Shown here: positions 1 to 12,949 of the stretch, piece by piece
Numbering within the stretch: position 1 is the stretch's first letter
Layout: each line of letters starts with the position of its first letter
From: Lama guanicoe
Taxonomy: Eukaryota
Reading direction: 5' to 3'
NCBI GenBank assembly: GCA_013239625.1
Contig: MU053881.1
Coordinates: forward strand, 10,005,957 to 10,069,956
DNA: 64,000 nucleotides
Made by a program: the position numbers and the translations under genes
Notes under the pieces: model-generated
The model's input: the letters and a program-made list of their open reading frames with translations, nothing else
Told to the model about the DNA's origin: nothing
Databases searched by the model: none

Positions 1-399
1 GAAAAGAATACACAAGATACTCGTCAAAGAAAACTTGAGAAGTAGGTATTGATTCATTTGTTGATTGATTTATTGTAGCAGTTGGTCTCCGAGTGTATAG
101 CCTGCCTGTATTTTATCTGTATACCAATGAGTTACTTTATACCAATGGATAATTTGTGAATTATTTACAATGTTGAGCATCAAACAGAATGGACTATATA
201 TTCCACTTTGTTTATGACTGCTTTGATGTACTTCTTGACTTAATAGCATCTCTGACAAATTTTTTTCCCTTTCGGAAAATTTGCTTTGGGACAGTTGTAA
301 AAAACAGTATCCCACTGCCCTGCGTGATGACAGCTCTGCCCTCCCTGTGTACTTACTACTCAGGAGTAACTTCCAGACTAAGAAGCTGTATCATTTGCC

Positions 400-545
400 C
401 AGTAAATAAATTTCTTTATGCCTTCATTTTCTACCTGTGAAATGAGGATTCTATTGTTAGAGTGTTGTTTGAAGGATTAAATAGAACCATCTTTGTACTG
501 CATATAGCACAGAGTCTGGCATAGGGTAAGTGCTTTATAACACTC
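400..545 (+). mobile_element. MIR SINE fragment (core and 3' part)
   Basis: ttcattttctacctgtgaaatgagga...gaaggattaaat...tagcacagagtctggcatagggtaagtgct resembles the MIR core/3' consensus. Confidence 0.75.
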
Positions 546-970
546 TGCATTAGCAATAGCATTTTTATGACAATAAGGCATTTGGCCTCAAGTAGTTCAC
601 AATTTGTAAGGAAACCAGACATGTGTGCAGTACAACACTTGGACGTTTAATAAAGATAAATTCTAGCATATCCCAAAATAGAGACATCTTTCTTCCTTAA
701 CTCCACTTCCCCTTCCTCCTTTAAATTAGACTTCAGTTTCCATCCTCCCCTAAAGGACATCACTGATAAAACATAAAGAGTAACAAGAGAAGTTAATTTT
801 TGACTTTAAAATTATCCAGGGCCTTGGTCTGGGTGACTTAAGTTTGCCCCCTTTGCTATGTGACTTTTCACTTTTTCACTAAAGGGATGGACCATGTCTT
901 TATCCCCAGCAATGGGTCCAGCCATAGGATTTGCTTTAGATAATAGAATGAGATAGAAATGGTAGTGTGG

Positions 971-1070
971 TGCTGTACAGCAGAAACGGACACAACACTG
1001 TAAACTGACTATACTTCAATAAAAAATATATATACAAAAAAAAAAAAAAGAAGAAGAAAGCAAGCAAGCA
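971..1070 (+). mobile_element. Extremely 5'-truncated L1 3' end with poly(A) tail and target-site duplication
   Basis: tgctgtacagcagaaacggacacaacactgtaaactgactatacttcAATAAA plus A-rich tail; nearly the same as the 3' end of the L1 at ~38715-38779; flanked by agaaatggtagtgtgg (955-970) and agaaaaggtagtgtgg (1071-1086). Confidence 0.85.
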
Positions 1071-1564
1071 AGAAAAGGTAGTGTGGCGGTTCCAGGCCTG
1101 AGGCATTGAGAGGCTCCTCTGTTCTATTCACCCACTTGCAGTTCTGCCTTCTCCATGAGAGGATCATGTTTAACCTTCTGACTTTAAAAGAAGCAAGACA
1201 TGCATGGTGCAGTTTCACCACTGCTGTGCCAGCCCAGCCCAACCTGGGACCACCTGCATCCATCCAAAAGAGTCATGTGCCAACTAATGCCATGTGCTTA
1301 ATGGTATGTGTCACTGAGGTTTGTATTTTCTTCATTTGGAGTTTCAGCGTAGAAAAGCTGCCCAACACAAACAGTTCCAACAGGTCGGGGTATTAAAATG
1401 AATTTTTACTTTTAAAAGTAACTTCATTTTTTCAAATCACCATGTCTAACCACACTGCTCAATGTCTTCATTGCATTAACCCATTACCAATCAGGTATCT
1501 TGGGCAAATTCTGTAATTGGTCTCTTCAGTCATGTATTAAAAAACAAACCAATGGCCAAATAGG

Positions 1565-2830
1565 GATCCTGACATAAGGACAGATATACAGACCAACAGA
1601 ATAGAACAGAGTACCCAGAAATAAACCCTCAAATATATGGTGAAGTGATTTTTTGACTGAGACCATTCAATAGGGAAGGAGAGTCTTTTTTACAAAAAAT
1701 GGGAAACTAAGTATCTACATAAAAAAGAATGAAGTGGGACCCTTACCTTACACCATACACAAATATTAACTCAAAATGGATCAAAGACCTAAATGTAAGT
1801 GAAATTAAACATCTATTGGAGAAAAGAAAGAAAGAAAGAAACAAACAAACAAACAAACATAAGGGGAAAAGTCCATGACATTGAATTTGGTAAAGGTTTC
1901 TTAGATAAAACACTAAAAACAAAAGTAACAAAGGAACAAATTAGACAAATTATACTTCATTAAATTTAAAGCCTCCGTGTATAAAGGACACTATTAACAA
2001 AGTGAAAAGGCAACCCGGAGAATGGGAGAAAATATTTGCAAATCATGTATCAGATAAAGGATTAATATTCAGAATATATATAGAATTCTTAGAACTTAAT
2101 AACAACAAAAACAAATTTTTTTAAGAATGGGCAAAGGACTTAAAAAGTCATGTCTCCAAAGAAGATATGCAGATGTCTAATGAAACCATGAAAAGATGAT
2201 CAGCATCACCAATTATTAGGGAAACGAAAATCAAAACCACAAAGAGATACCACAAGGAGACCCACGTTATTCCACTAGGGAGATGGTCACTACAAAAAAA
2301 AAAAAACACACAAAAAAACAGAAGGGTTGGTGAGAAGGTGGAAACATTAGATATCCACACATCTCTGTTTATAGCAACATTACTCACAATAGTCAAAATG
2401 TGGAAACAAAGTATCCACTAATTGATGAGTGGATAAGCAAAATGTGGTACACACACACACTGGAATGTAATTCAAAAGGAAGGAAATTCTGACACATAAA
2501 AAAACTGTAACAGATGAACATTGATGACATCGTGCTAAGTGAAATATACCAGTCACAAAGGGAGAAATATTGTATGATTCTACTTACATGAAACACCTAG
2601 AGTAGTCCAATTCATAGAGACAGAAAGTAGAATGGTGGCTGCCAGGGACTGAAGAGGAGGATGATGGGGAGTTAATATTTAAAGGATACAAAGTTTCAGT
2701 TTAGGAATATGGAAAAGTTTTGGAGATGAATGGTGGTGATGGCTATACAGCGATGGAAATTCCACCACTGGCCACCAGCACATGGTTAAAACGGTAAATT
2801 TCATGTTATGTGTATTTTACCATAAAATAA
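1565..2830 (+). mobile_element. L1 (L1MB-like) degenerate ORF2 3' part and 3' UTR
   Basis: Typical L1 blocks: ccagaaataaaccctcaaatatatgg, aactcaaaatggatcaaagacctaaatgtaag, gaatgggagaaaatatttgcaaatcat; ends ggtaaatttcatgttatgtgtattttaccata. Confidence 0.9.
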
Positions 2831-5095
2831 GCAAACCAACACACAAACTTATAAGCAAACAACTGATTCCACACCAGTTTAAATTATCCATTTGAACAAT
2901 GATCTCCTTCTCACAGTCACTAAGTAAACCTCAAACTTAGGGTCCTAGCCTGGGGGTGCACTGGGTGAAAAAGGCAAGTTGTGCTTGTTTGTTGATTGAC
3001 TGCTTTTGTTTTTGGTCTCCTCCTACCCTCTTCTAGTTCCTCCTATCCAGGGTTAAAGTCTAGAAGGTAGGAGAAAGACATAAAGGCTGCTTTTAATGGC
3101 ATAAGCCCGTTGACTCTGGCAGGGATGGTCCAGGTCTCGTTCTGGCTTGGTCTGGTCTGATGGCTGCTGTGGCCTCTGCTGGTTTCCTGTTTCCATGTGT
3201 GCTGGGCTCTCGCAAGATGTCTCTCACTCTGCCTGGCTCTGCTCCCACTGCACCCGGTAGCAAGACTGCTGATTCTGTAGCTCAGCACGTCTCCAGGCAC
3301 AGAGTGAGATGCCAACCTCTCGTTAACGCTGCCTGTTATTTACTTTAAAAACCTGGGTATAGACAGTGGGATGTGGCAGCCTGTGCACTGAATTTACTGT
3401 CTTGGAAACATTTAGTTTACATTTTATTCACTCTGATCAGAAATGAATAGTCCAGGGAAGGCTCACTAGCTTCTGAAGACTTCACTCAGGGATCTAAAGA
3501 TGGCTAAGACAAGAATTTTAAATATCCATATGTAAATCTTCATTAGAGGGTTTTTTTTTTTAAACTAGGATAAAGTATATGACAATAATGTTTCATTTAT
3601 GGAAAGAGTGAAGTTTAACTGTGGCAGTGGCTACAATGACTGTCCTTGCCTGAACAGGGTAACAGCAGGAATATGGCCAGCCTCACTCACAGCCTAACCC
3701 ACTTAGAGAAATACCTTCAGTCCATGACACCTCACACTCTCACCTGCCCTTTCCCCATTTCAAACTTAATTGAAGGATTGTGTTACTTGATTCAGTTAGA
3801 AAACGAGGTGATCATACCATCAGAATATTGTAAAATTGCATGCAACCACTTGTCAAAGTACATAACGGCCTGAGTGGGAATTCCTCAAGCCCACAGAAAG
3901 AGGATGAATGACTATCTTCGTCTGCTTGCTAATAAAGTTTGTATGAGTCGCAAAATTTGTTCCAAGCACATAGCAGTTGCTCAGTCATGTTTGTTGAACA
4001 CATGAATGCAGAGGAATATACAAAAAAAAGAAACAAAAAACGACTATTTTTTATTTGCCAAAGAGGAAATGAGGCTGGACTGGGTCTTGAGCAATCAGGA
4101 AAATTTACTAATAAAGTGGGACTGGAGCACAAAGGGTAAACTGGCTGTGGGTAGCTAGCTAGCTGAGTAAGTAGACAATTGAACGGGTTTCACTGTTGCT
4201 TATGTCAGTTTGTAACGGTTGAAGAATTCATCCACCATTCTCTTTAAGTTCTTAGCCCTCTTCTTGGAGCTGGGAATAATGTACCTACCCTCTTGTAACA
4301 GGTTCCAAGGGGACACCAAGTAAAATATCTCCCTTGAGCCCAATTACACACCCTCTTCCAAACAGGAACCCTGCGACTCTCACAAAGTGGTGGAATCTCA
4401 GAGGAGCAGCAGCTGGAGCGGCAGCTGGAATGCTGAATAGAACCTTAAGTAAATAGCCTAGAAGGCCAGTGAACAATGAATTATAATAAACCAACTATAA
4501 TTAGTAATAAAGGCCTGAAAATAACTGTACTCATGAGATAGTACTGGTCATATCCTTGCTGTGTTCTGGAAATACTACAATCGTTTTGTTTTGTTTTGTT
4601 TTTCACCAGTGTAACTACATTGGTAATTAAAAGCTGATTTAAAATCAAAGGCAACCTCAAGGTTATAAATCTAAGTCTCTGGCTCTGAAAGTGCAAGTAT
4701 CTTGTTCATTCCACATCTTTATATTTGTAAAAAAAAAAGTGGTAAAGGGCTTTTGGAGCCTGTTTAAAAAAAAGACAAACACAACTGAGCAAAATCAGCT
4801 AGTAACTGAAGCAAATCACTCAGTGGATACTTTTCTTTTTCCCTGAAGCATCTGTGGGAGAAAGAACACAAGGCAGCCTAAAGGGGGGAAGAAGGTCTGT
4901 TTGCACTGCGTTTTCCCTCTGGATAAGGAGTGTTTTAATCGCTAATTTCCACAATGTAAGAGGTGAAAGAAATCTGGAAATGCTGTCGAATACTGTAGGC
5001 AAAAGTTGTTGGATGACACTGAACAGACGAGGTTTAGGCCAGGAAAGTTTTTACCTGGCTCTGTGCGGTGCGAATACTGATGGTTGCATTTCTCC

Positions 5096-5543
5096 TGTAA
5101 CAGGGAAGAACCCATCTGACTCCGTATTTGATCTGTTCCTTTGGCTCTAACCTGTGCTCTGCGTCCTGAGCTTAGTCATGCTGCTCCAGCACCTTTTGTA
5201 AAAGAACGCTGCCTATAGCCGGAGATACACAGGAGAGCCCATTCTGAAGGCTCTAACTTTTAAAGGTATAACACTTTTCCATTCATAGAGAGACAGAAAG
5301 TTGTGGAACAGAGAATCTTATTTGTCTCCTTGGAACAGGAGCATCGTGACCTACATGGACAGCAGCAAGAACAAAAGGAGCCTGAATTCTGACCTGACGA
5401 AGATGGTTCTCCAGGACCTTAGTCTACCATCTTCTCAGTCTGCCATCTTTCCGAATAAAGTCATTATTCCTTGCCTTGACACCTTGTTTCCTGATTTGTT
5501 GGTCTGTCATTCAGCAAGCAGAACAAGTTTGGACTCAGTAATA
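5096..5543 (+). mobile_element. Solo LTR, ERV1-like
   Basis: Starts TGTAAC, AATAAA at 5454-5459, ends gtttggactcagtaata (decayed ...taaca); 4-bp flanks ctcc/ctct; ~450 bp. Confidence 0.7.
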
Positions 5544-5676
5544 CTCTCACGATTTCACAGTCACTTACTGTTGTAAATTTAAATTTTGTTTAATTGATGA
5601 AATCATCATCTCTAGGTACAAGCCCAAAACCACAGCAGTGAGAAGGTATCAAAACCATTAAGGCCAATGTTTAAAG

Positions 5677-5707
5677 ACAAAACAAAACAAAACAAAACAA
5701 AACAAAC
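5677..5707. repeat. (ACAAA)n microsatellite
   Basis: acaaaacaaaacaaaacaaaacaaaacaaac. Confidence 0.9.
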
Positions 5708-5794
5708 ACATGTGTCTTTTTAGATTCAGTGCTTTGGAATCAACCTAATATTATATTAACAAGGGGTTTCCAGGGGAAAGGGGATGTGATCTCA

Positions 5795-6160
5795 GGTAGC
5801 AGGTATCAGAAATAGCAAAACAAAGACAGATTTGTCCTCATGGAGTTCACAGCCCAGTGTGGGAGAAAGACATGAAGCCGCTAAGGACACAGATCTGTGA
5901 ACAACGACAACAATGCTAAGTGCTATAAAGGGACATCCAGGGGGCCAGGAAAGTGTAGGACAGCATTAGCCTAGTCAGGGGAAGGTGGGGAGGTAGTCAG
6001 AGGACGAATCCCTGAGGGAGAGCCCTTCGTTGCGATAGGAGGAATGATCACAAGGTGCAGGGGCCACGTGCAGTAGCGGGATGGGGACAAGGGTGGGGAA
6101 GGAGCAGAGTGATTTCTGCCTGTGCAAAAACAGTCCACGGCTCAAGGTGTCATGGCACAT
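5795..6160 (-). mobile_element. L2 LINE fragment
   Basis: aaagacagatttgtcctcatggagttcacagcccagtgtgggagaaagac...taagtgctataaagg matches the reverse complement of the L2 3' region. Confidence 0.65.
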
Positions 6161-6559
6161 AAAGGGATTTGCCAAAAGCCATTTTTTTTCCCCACAAGAC
6201 AGGTATTTGGAAAATGTGCTGGTTCTGTTAGTCAATCAAGAATGGCTCATCTATGACCGGAGTCTTTCCTCTTCTCTCTTCTGTGCTGCTGGCATCCTTT
6301 ACTGTGTTGAGACACAGCCTTGGAATCCTTCTACACACAGCAACCTAGGAATTCACCAAGGCAAGTGGCAACATACTTGTTAGCCTTACCACAAAGGGAA
6401 GGAAACAAGTCTGTATTCATCTGTATGTCCCCGTGGTCTAAGTTCCTGTCACATTGTAAGTCCTCAATAAACACTGAGGAAGTCAAAGGACAAAGGAAGA
6501 TCACGGACTTTGACAGTGCAACGATAATAAGGTGATGATGGATACATTAAAATCAGGCT

Positions 6560-7165
6560 ATGCTTATTTGTTAAAAAAAACATTATTGAGCACCTACCAA
6601 TTATTAATCACTTTTTTTTTTCTGATTCCAAGGAATAGACTCACTCACAGTCAAGACAGAAAAGGTCTTTTATCTTACGGAGTATACACGCTAACAGGGT
6701 CAAAAGAGGTCACATTCATGTAATTAAATCAATAAACACAGTAGATTCTGATGAGTGCCACAAAGACAATACATGCTGTGGTGACAGAGTAACGCAGGTT
6801 GGTCAAAAAGCCCTCTCTCTAATTGGGTAATATCTGAGCTGAGACATGAGGGATGAGAACAGGTCCCCTTTGTGAGACACAAAGAGCCACAAGACACAGA
6901 CTCTCAGGTGGAAGAGAGGCTGGGATATCGCAGGAAGAAAAAGACGCTCGTGCTGACCAGAGAGTGGTGAGTGAGCAGGAGTAAGGTGTCTCATGGGGCT
7001 GGAGAGATAAGAAAGAGTAAAATTGTGCAGGACTGTTTTAAGTCCAAGAGAAGAGGTCAGAGTGTCTCCGGAGACCAAGGGGAAGTGAACCAAGAGTTTT
7101 AGGCATCTGTGGTGCCTATGTCACAAAGATCCTTCTGAATGTTTGGTGGAGAAGATCTGCATCAC
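6560..7165 (-). mobile_element. L2 LINE fragment
   Basis: cattattgagcacctacc...caagacagaaaaggtc...gggtaatatctgagctgagac, typical reverse-strand L2 3' blocks. Confidence 0.65.
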
Positions 7166-7710
7166 AGAGGACAGCAGGAAAATCACACGCTGACCACCAG
7201 GGTCCCGCGGCTGTGTGGACAGAGAAAGCCTCTCTGTTTTGGTGGCAAACAAAATAAATGAAACAAAGCAGGACAAACATGTCAATGTACTGTGGTGAAC
7301 ATGAAACATTGGCCAGGAAAAGATCAGGGCATGCTCACAGTCTCCAACAGACACAAAGTAAGTAACAGATGGATGAATATACAAGTGAGTGAATAAATGA
7401 GCGACTCAGACCCAAAGCTGAACTGTGCCATTTGTTCACACGAGGCCAACAAGCGTCATGTATCAACCAAGGACTCCCTATCTTGACAAAGGATCCCTTG
7501 ACTTTAACTATGACTTATAGCAGGATCTTATCCCCAGTTCCCATTCCATCAGACAAATATATTCCTATTATATAGGCATATTGCTTTGAAAGCAGTATTT
7601 TTCCATTATCTGACATCAAAAAAAATTTAGGCTTCAGATTAATTTTTTGCTTGCACTCCAAAGGAAACTCTTCTGATGGTATTCTGATGGATGTCAAAGG
7701 ACACACTGGG

Positions 7711-7850
7711 TTTTGTTTGTTTTTTGGGTTTTTTTGGGGGGGAGGATAATTAGGTTTGCTTATTCATTTATTTAATGGAGGTACTGGGGATTGAACCCAG
7801 GACCTCATGCATGCTAGGCACACACTTGACCACTAAGCTATACCCTCCCC
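7711..7850 (-). mobile_element. tRNA-derived SINE, camelid Vic-1-like
   Basis: Minus strand reads ggggagggtaTAGCTTAGTGG (A box)...gGGTTCAATCC (B box) ccagtacctccattaaataaa...aaacctaattatcctccccc plus A-rich tail; second copy at 45034-45186. Confidence 0.85.
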
Positions 7851-8394
7851 AGTAACACACTGTTTTAATTCATCCTCAACTGTGACAATTCGTGCTCATT
7901 TTTCTTCTATGTGAGAAAATGTGCCTTCCACTTGTGGCCCCCCGATTCTCGACCCTGGGTAGTCCACTGTCATGATCTGACCTGGATCCCTGATTTTTGA
8001 CCTTGGCTTTTTGACCCTTCCCATTTCTTACCCTGAGAGTGTCCTCATTTGGCTTCTGACCTCAGCTTCTCTCATTAGCAGGCACTAGTGAGCACTTCAG
8101 TCAAAGCAGAAGGAAGACCCTTGTCACACTTGTACTCCTCTTGGAATTTATGTACTGCTAGGCCTCACTTCCAATCCAGAGAAAATTGGGGTCAAAATAT
8201 ACTCACAGATTTATCATCACACAAATAAAAGGTTCTACTTGGATGTATCTTACCAACTTTGGCAAAAGCCCACAGCTTTTGAGCCAAATTACTACCTTTT
8301 TGCATGGTATCCTCTACAGAGTTGGTGGAATAACAGGAATAACTAAAATTTTTAAGGTATCTGTTGTGTTCCCGACACTACTCCATATACTATT

Positions 8395-8580
8395 TCCTGA
8401 TTTCATCAGGATAACAAGCTCGAAAGATGGGCTGTATTGTAATTCCCCCTTTACAGGTTGGGAAACTGTAACTTGAAGATGCTAAATAGCTTGCCAAGAT
8501 TTCACAGCTAGAAAAATGGCGAAGACACCACTTATCTCCAACCTGTGTTGTTCTAAAGCACTCACCCTTGGCCATCAGCG
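8395..8580 (-). mobile_element. MIR SINE
   Basis: ccccctttacaggttgggaaactg...aaatagcttgccaagatttcacagctagaaaaatggc matches the reverse MIR core. Confidence 0.75.
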
Positions 8581-11498
8581 AGAGTGTCATCCAGGAAAGA
8601 ACAAAGTGAAACACTTACTCCTCCACGCTGTAGCACATGCTTTATTCTTATGTTTAGAAAAAGATTTAATTCATGTCATAATATAAAAATAGGATATTTT
8701 GAGAAAAGAAAAAGTTTCACATGTGAGTATGAAAATTTAATTATCATTATACCAGCTTATCTAGACAAAAAGATTTAAAATATTAACCACCACTAAGTTT
8801 CTCCCACAGGTTATCTTGGGACTGACATAATGTCAAAGAGCAGGCCAGCTGTTCAAAGAACAAATCACCAATTCTTAAGTTACACCTTAATACATTCAAC
8901 TGAGTTTTAGTGTCATGGAGGACCTTCCTCATTCCTGGGCTAATTATCTTTCTTTCTGTCTCCAAATAGGACTGAAAAATGTCCATTTCTAAACAAGATG
9001 ATGTAAAACTTGCAGAATATTGAGAATTCTGCTTCAAGACTAGGAAACGCAGTTTCTTTAATAATTCAAACCTCTGTCTTCCTAGGTGGGCTTCGCAATT
9101 GCAACGAAAATTTAGGAAGCATGAGGCTGCCTACCTCCCCCAGGAAGCAAACTCTTAGCATACCCATCACAGCATTTTCCTCTTTGTCTTCAGTGGATCA
9201 ATCATCCTGAGGCTGCCAAAGTGTCCATCCAACAGAGGGCTCAATTTCAGAATTCACCCATGAAGTGTCTCCAAACACAGCAATTGATATGATCCACAAC
9301 TCTCCGATTTCTTCGTTCCTCTGACCATGGCTTACATGTATCTGACACCAAGAGTTCCTTTTCCAAGCCTTTTGCATTGTGGCAATTTCCGTTGGGATTA
9401 TATTTCAGTAAGTAAAATGCTCTTTGGGAACTATTTAATTTTTTCCTCTACTTGTTCTTTTTCCTGAGCCCCCTCCCCAGATCCCACAGACATGTCATTT
9501 TTAGAGTTGAAGTATCAGCTTTATCATAAAGTGTATTCTCTGTAGTCATGAACAAGCAAAACCGAAGTGAAAGAAACGAATTGTAAAGGGGGGAAAAAAA
9601 CCCTGGAAATCTTTAGAAAGTACACATATATACATACAGACAGACCAGCCCTCTTGTACACAGCACAAAAAGATGAAAACAGCCCATGAAAACACCACAA
9701 AAAAAAATGCAGAGTTGATTCATGTCACAGGTTCAAGAGTCAGACATTCCCGTGTGTTTCTTAAGAAGCAAAATGAGTAATAATAAATGATAGATTCCTT
9801 TATAAAGAATGTAGGATTCTTTATAGTTTTCAGAGTGCTGTTGCATATGTTATCTCACTGCCTCTTTAAAACCTTCGAGCAAATCTAATGCAGCATGCAA
9901 TTTGTCTTGATACTATATTATGCATCTTTTTTATGAAAGAAAACTGTAAATAAGGGTAGACGTGCAAAAAAAGCAAAACGAACCATTTACTAAACAGAGA
10001 AAAGGCATCCATGAAGAGAGCAAAGACAGCGGAACTTCGAAAAAGCACATAATTAACCATAGCTTGGAACTTTTCCAAAATCTCATTCACCAACTGGCTA
10101 GCACTTAGACTGAAACACACGGGGTGGGTGACGGGAAGAGCTCTCAGGGTGAGAACCACCGTCAGCTCTGAGACAGTCAGCCTCATCAGAACACGCCCAG
10201 TCTCCCTCCAGCGTGGCTCCTCTTTCTCCAGGGCGAAGGTACAATGTGTATACAACCAACGGAAAGGAGCACCGTCATGTGCTCATTGATCAGAATAGCC
10301 AAGTCAAGATGGTAGCTTGCTTGGAAAGCAAGATCACACTAGTGAAAACTGCAAACGTGCAAAATCGAAACTCGATGGAATCCTAGAGGGTGGACTTCAT
10401 GATTTTATATATAGACAGCAGCAATATAATTGTTCAAAGTTTTCTGTTATCAGTTCATTCAAGCATTTCAACAACTTTCTTTAAGCACCATGTCAGACGC
10501 TGGGGGTTAAAAAAAATGATTAAGGCACCATCTTTACCAGCAAGAAGCTCCTGGCTTAGAGGTGAAACAGGGAGTAGGAGAATTACAGTAAGTGGCAAAC
10601 TGAGAGGGTAAAGGGGGTTCTGCATAACTAAGCCTGGGAGGAGGGAAGGGCAGCTCCTTCTTTTTTGTTTTCTTTTTTTTTGATAAACACGTGCCTTCCC
10701 GGCTGCCCCACCCCACCCCATGTACACGAGCAGCAAGAGCAAGAAACGGTCCTAAGAACAAGAAAAATACCAAACGAGGTTACTGCTGACTAGGAGCAAG
10801 CACTCACAGGCGCTTTGACTGGGTGAACACAGTCGCAATGCTCCTGGTTTACGGCACACATGTGCCGCCGTTCCCGGGGATTACCTGGAGAGGAGCTTCA
10901 CCAGGGGCTGCTCTCAAAGCACAGCGCGGAGCGGAGCCGTCTGGACGTCTTCGTCGAATCTGGAAGACGAGAAACGCATCGGTTAAAGCGATCAGCTTAG
11001 GACACAAAGGTAGCGCGGAGAATAAGCGATAGGAAATATCCACACCAAAAAGATCTGCCCACGGAACACGGAGAAGGCCAAGGACACAGGTGGATTAGGG
11101 GTTTATCTCCGAAGTGACAGCTTTCTGCATTTCAGAGGCGTCAGGCTGGGGTGGGTGAGGGAAGAGCTTTGTATGACTAAAACCAGGATCCCCATTCACT
11201 GGGAAATCTTGGGCTTCTTTTTTGATCTCAACTCAGTTTGGAAATCCTAGATTAACCCGATAGAGCCAGTTTTTCTTCAGTCTCAGTTGCTGCTTCCATG
11301 AGGATCTGAGCAGATTCTGAAAGGCAATGCCTGTCACTAGAACTGTTAAGAAACATGATATGGAAAGCAAAGAAAAAATGTTAAAAAAAAAAAAAAAGGC
11401 AAACTAAAAACATTTTTTTTAAACCCCCTTTTTTAAGACCTTCCTCCCAAGGTCACACAAGCTATTTATTTGTCTCTCTTTTGGGTGACTGTACACAT

Positions 11499-11535
11499 TT
11501 CATCATTTATAGAAAGATAATCGGAAAGTCATTAC
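11499..11535 (+). promoter_or_regulatory. Dispersed conserved non-coding element, copy 1 (core only)
   Basis: ttcatcatttatagaaagataatcggaaagtcattac is 34/37 identical to 49318-49354; regulatory role is inferred. Confidence 0.55.
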
Positions 11536-12792
11536 TTGTCCTCAGTGTACACTTAATTCAGTGCAAAGGAAGGCAATGAAACAAGCATTATGAAAGCTGC
11601 AAAACAGGACACCTTACTTTGTTGATATTCCACAGGTAAGCCTTTATATTGGGTTCAATCTTTCAGCGGGATCTTAGACAACTTACAACAAACAACAGTA
11701 ACACACGCGAAATCTCCCTTACTGTTAGCAGCACAAATTAAAAGCAGCAACAAGGACAAAATGACAGTTGGGTCCTCTCCAAGCACAAGCATGAGAATGA
11801 AGGTGACAGGACAGCATTCAGTGGAGAGAAACCTGATGATTTTATCGGGTTTTTGCATTCCTGTGGGACTTCGCTCTGATTTCTCATGGGCAATCAGATG
11901 AAAATTGTCAATTGTGATCATTGGGAAATACCTAGCAAAATCTGACAGTACAGCTCTGAAATGTTTCTCACTACCTTAGAATTTCTGGAATCATAATCCT
12001 GAGATAAAGACAGTGGAGTTGGAAAGGCAGCTATTTTGACCCCTATTTCCAAGGGAACGGTACTAACCACTAACTTTTAATGAATGTCAGCCCTTGACAG
12101 CTTCACTTCTTGGGCCCAGTTTTTCAAGAAGGAACCTAAACATCTCTGCATAAAACTGTTTTGACGGGCATGATAGTTTTCTTCGCCTTTGAAAGGAAAA
12201 CAACAATAATTAAACACTCAAAGCGCCCATGGATGAGGTTAACTGTTTTTTTATTATTTAAGAAATAAAATCATCAGACTCTTTGCAAACAGGACCTAAT
12301 TAATGCAACTAGTTTCATCATAATTATCAAAATCTCAGGACAAATTCTGTATTCTTGATGTTCCATGTGCACGAAATCCCTTTAGTCTTAACAACACTGG
12401 CCACCAGAGTTTACCAAAAGGTACTGTGAAGAAACAAGCCCATTAGAATGACAGGTTTCATTTACCAGAAGATATTAAAATCCTGTCACAATGTGATTTC
12501 TATCAAGAAGGTTTTCACTGAAATAATAAAAAATGAATGAAGGAAATCAAAGGTAGTCATCTAGTTAAATATTTATTTTCTAATCTTTAGGGAGGTGTTT
12601 ATTATACTTTGAACACCTGGCCTTTAGTAGCACGTGGTCTGGTTTTAAACTTGTTATCACGCCACAGCAAATTCCAAGAGGGCTGTAAATTAAGCCCATT
12701 ATGAAAAAGCCAAGATAACAAAGTGCCCTCCTTCTCCATCCAGGAATGATATAGGGAAACTGATTCCAGAACAAAATACCTAGATACTCCTA

Positions 12793-12949
12793 CAGCCGGG
12801 GCTTAGGTGAAGCTACTAACGGTACAAATCTTCAGGGGGGCTTCCTTCGGAGTTGCTGAGATTCAATGCTTGCATCACGCTCATAGGAAGGGTCTCCTTA
12901 AATTTTGCACCCTGGATAACTCATTTACCTCACTCCAGTCCGGGTTCTA
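12793..12949. mobile_element. MER91-like hAT MITE
   Basis: Degenerate terminal inverted repeats cagccggggcttaggtga / tcactccagtccgggttct; internal tctccttaaattttgcaccctgg. Confidence 0.65.

Noticed and set aside
4403..4432. Two adjacent CAGCTG E-boxes
   Set aside because: Arises from a short GCA/GCT-rich stretch; too little support without conservation data
7780..7850. tRNA gene
   Set aside because: A/B boxes belong to a SINE head with AT-rich tail and a second dispersed copy; no complete cloverleaf
11625..11642. Splice-site-like ttccacag/gtaagc
   Set aside because: No supporting exon ORF or partner splice sites; such motifs are common by chance
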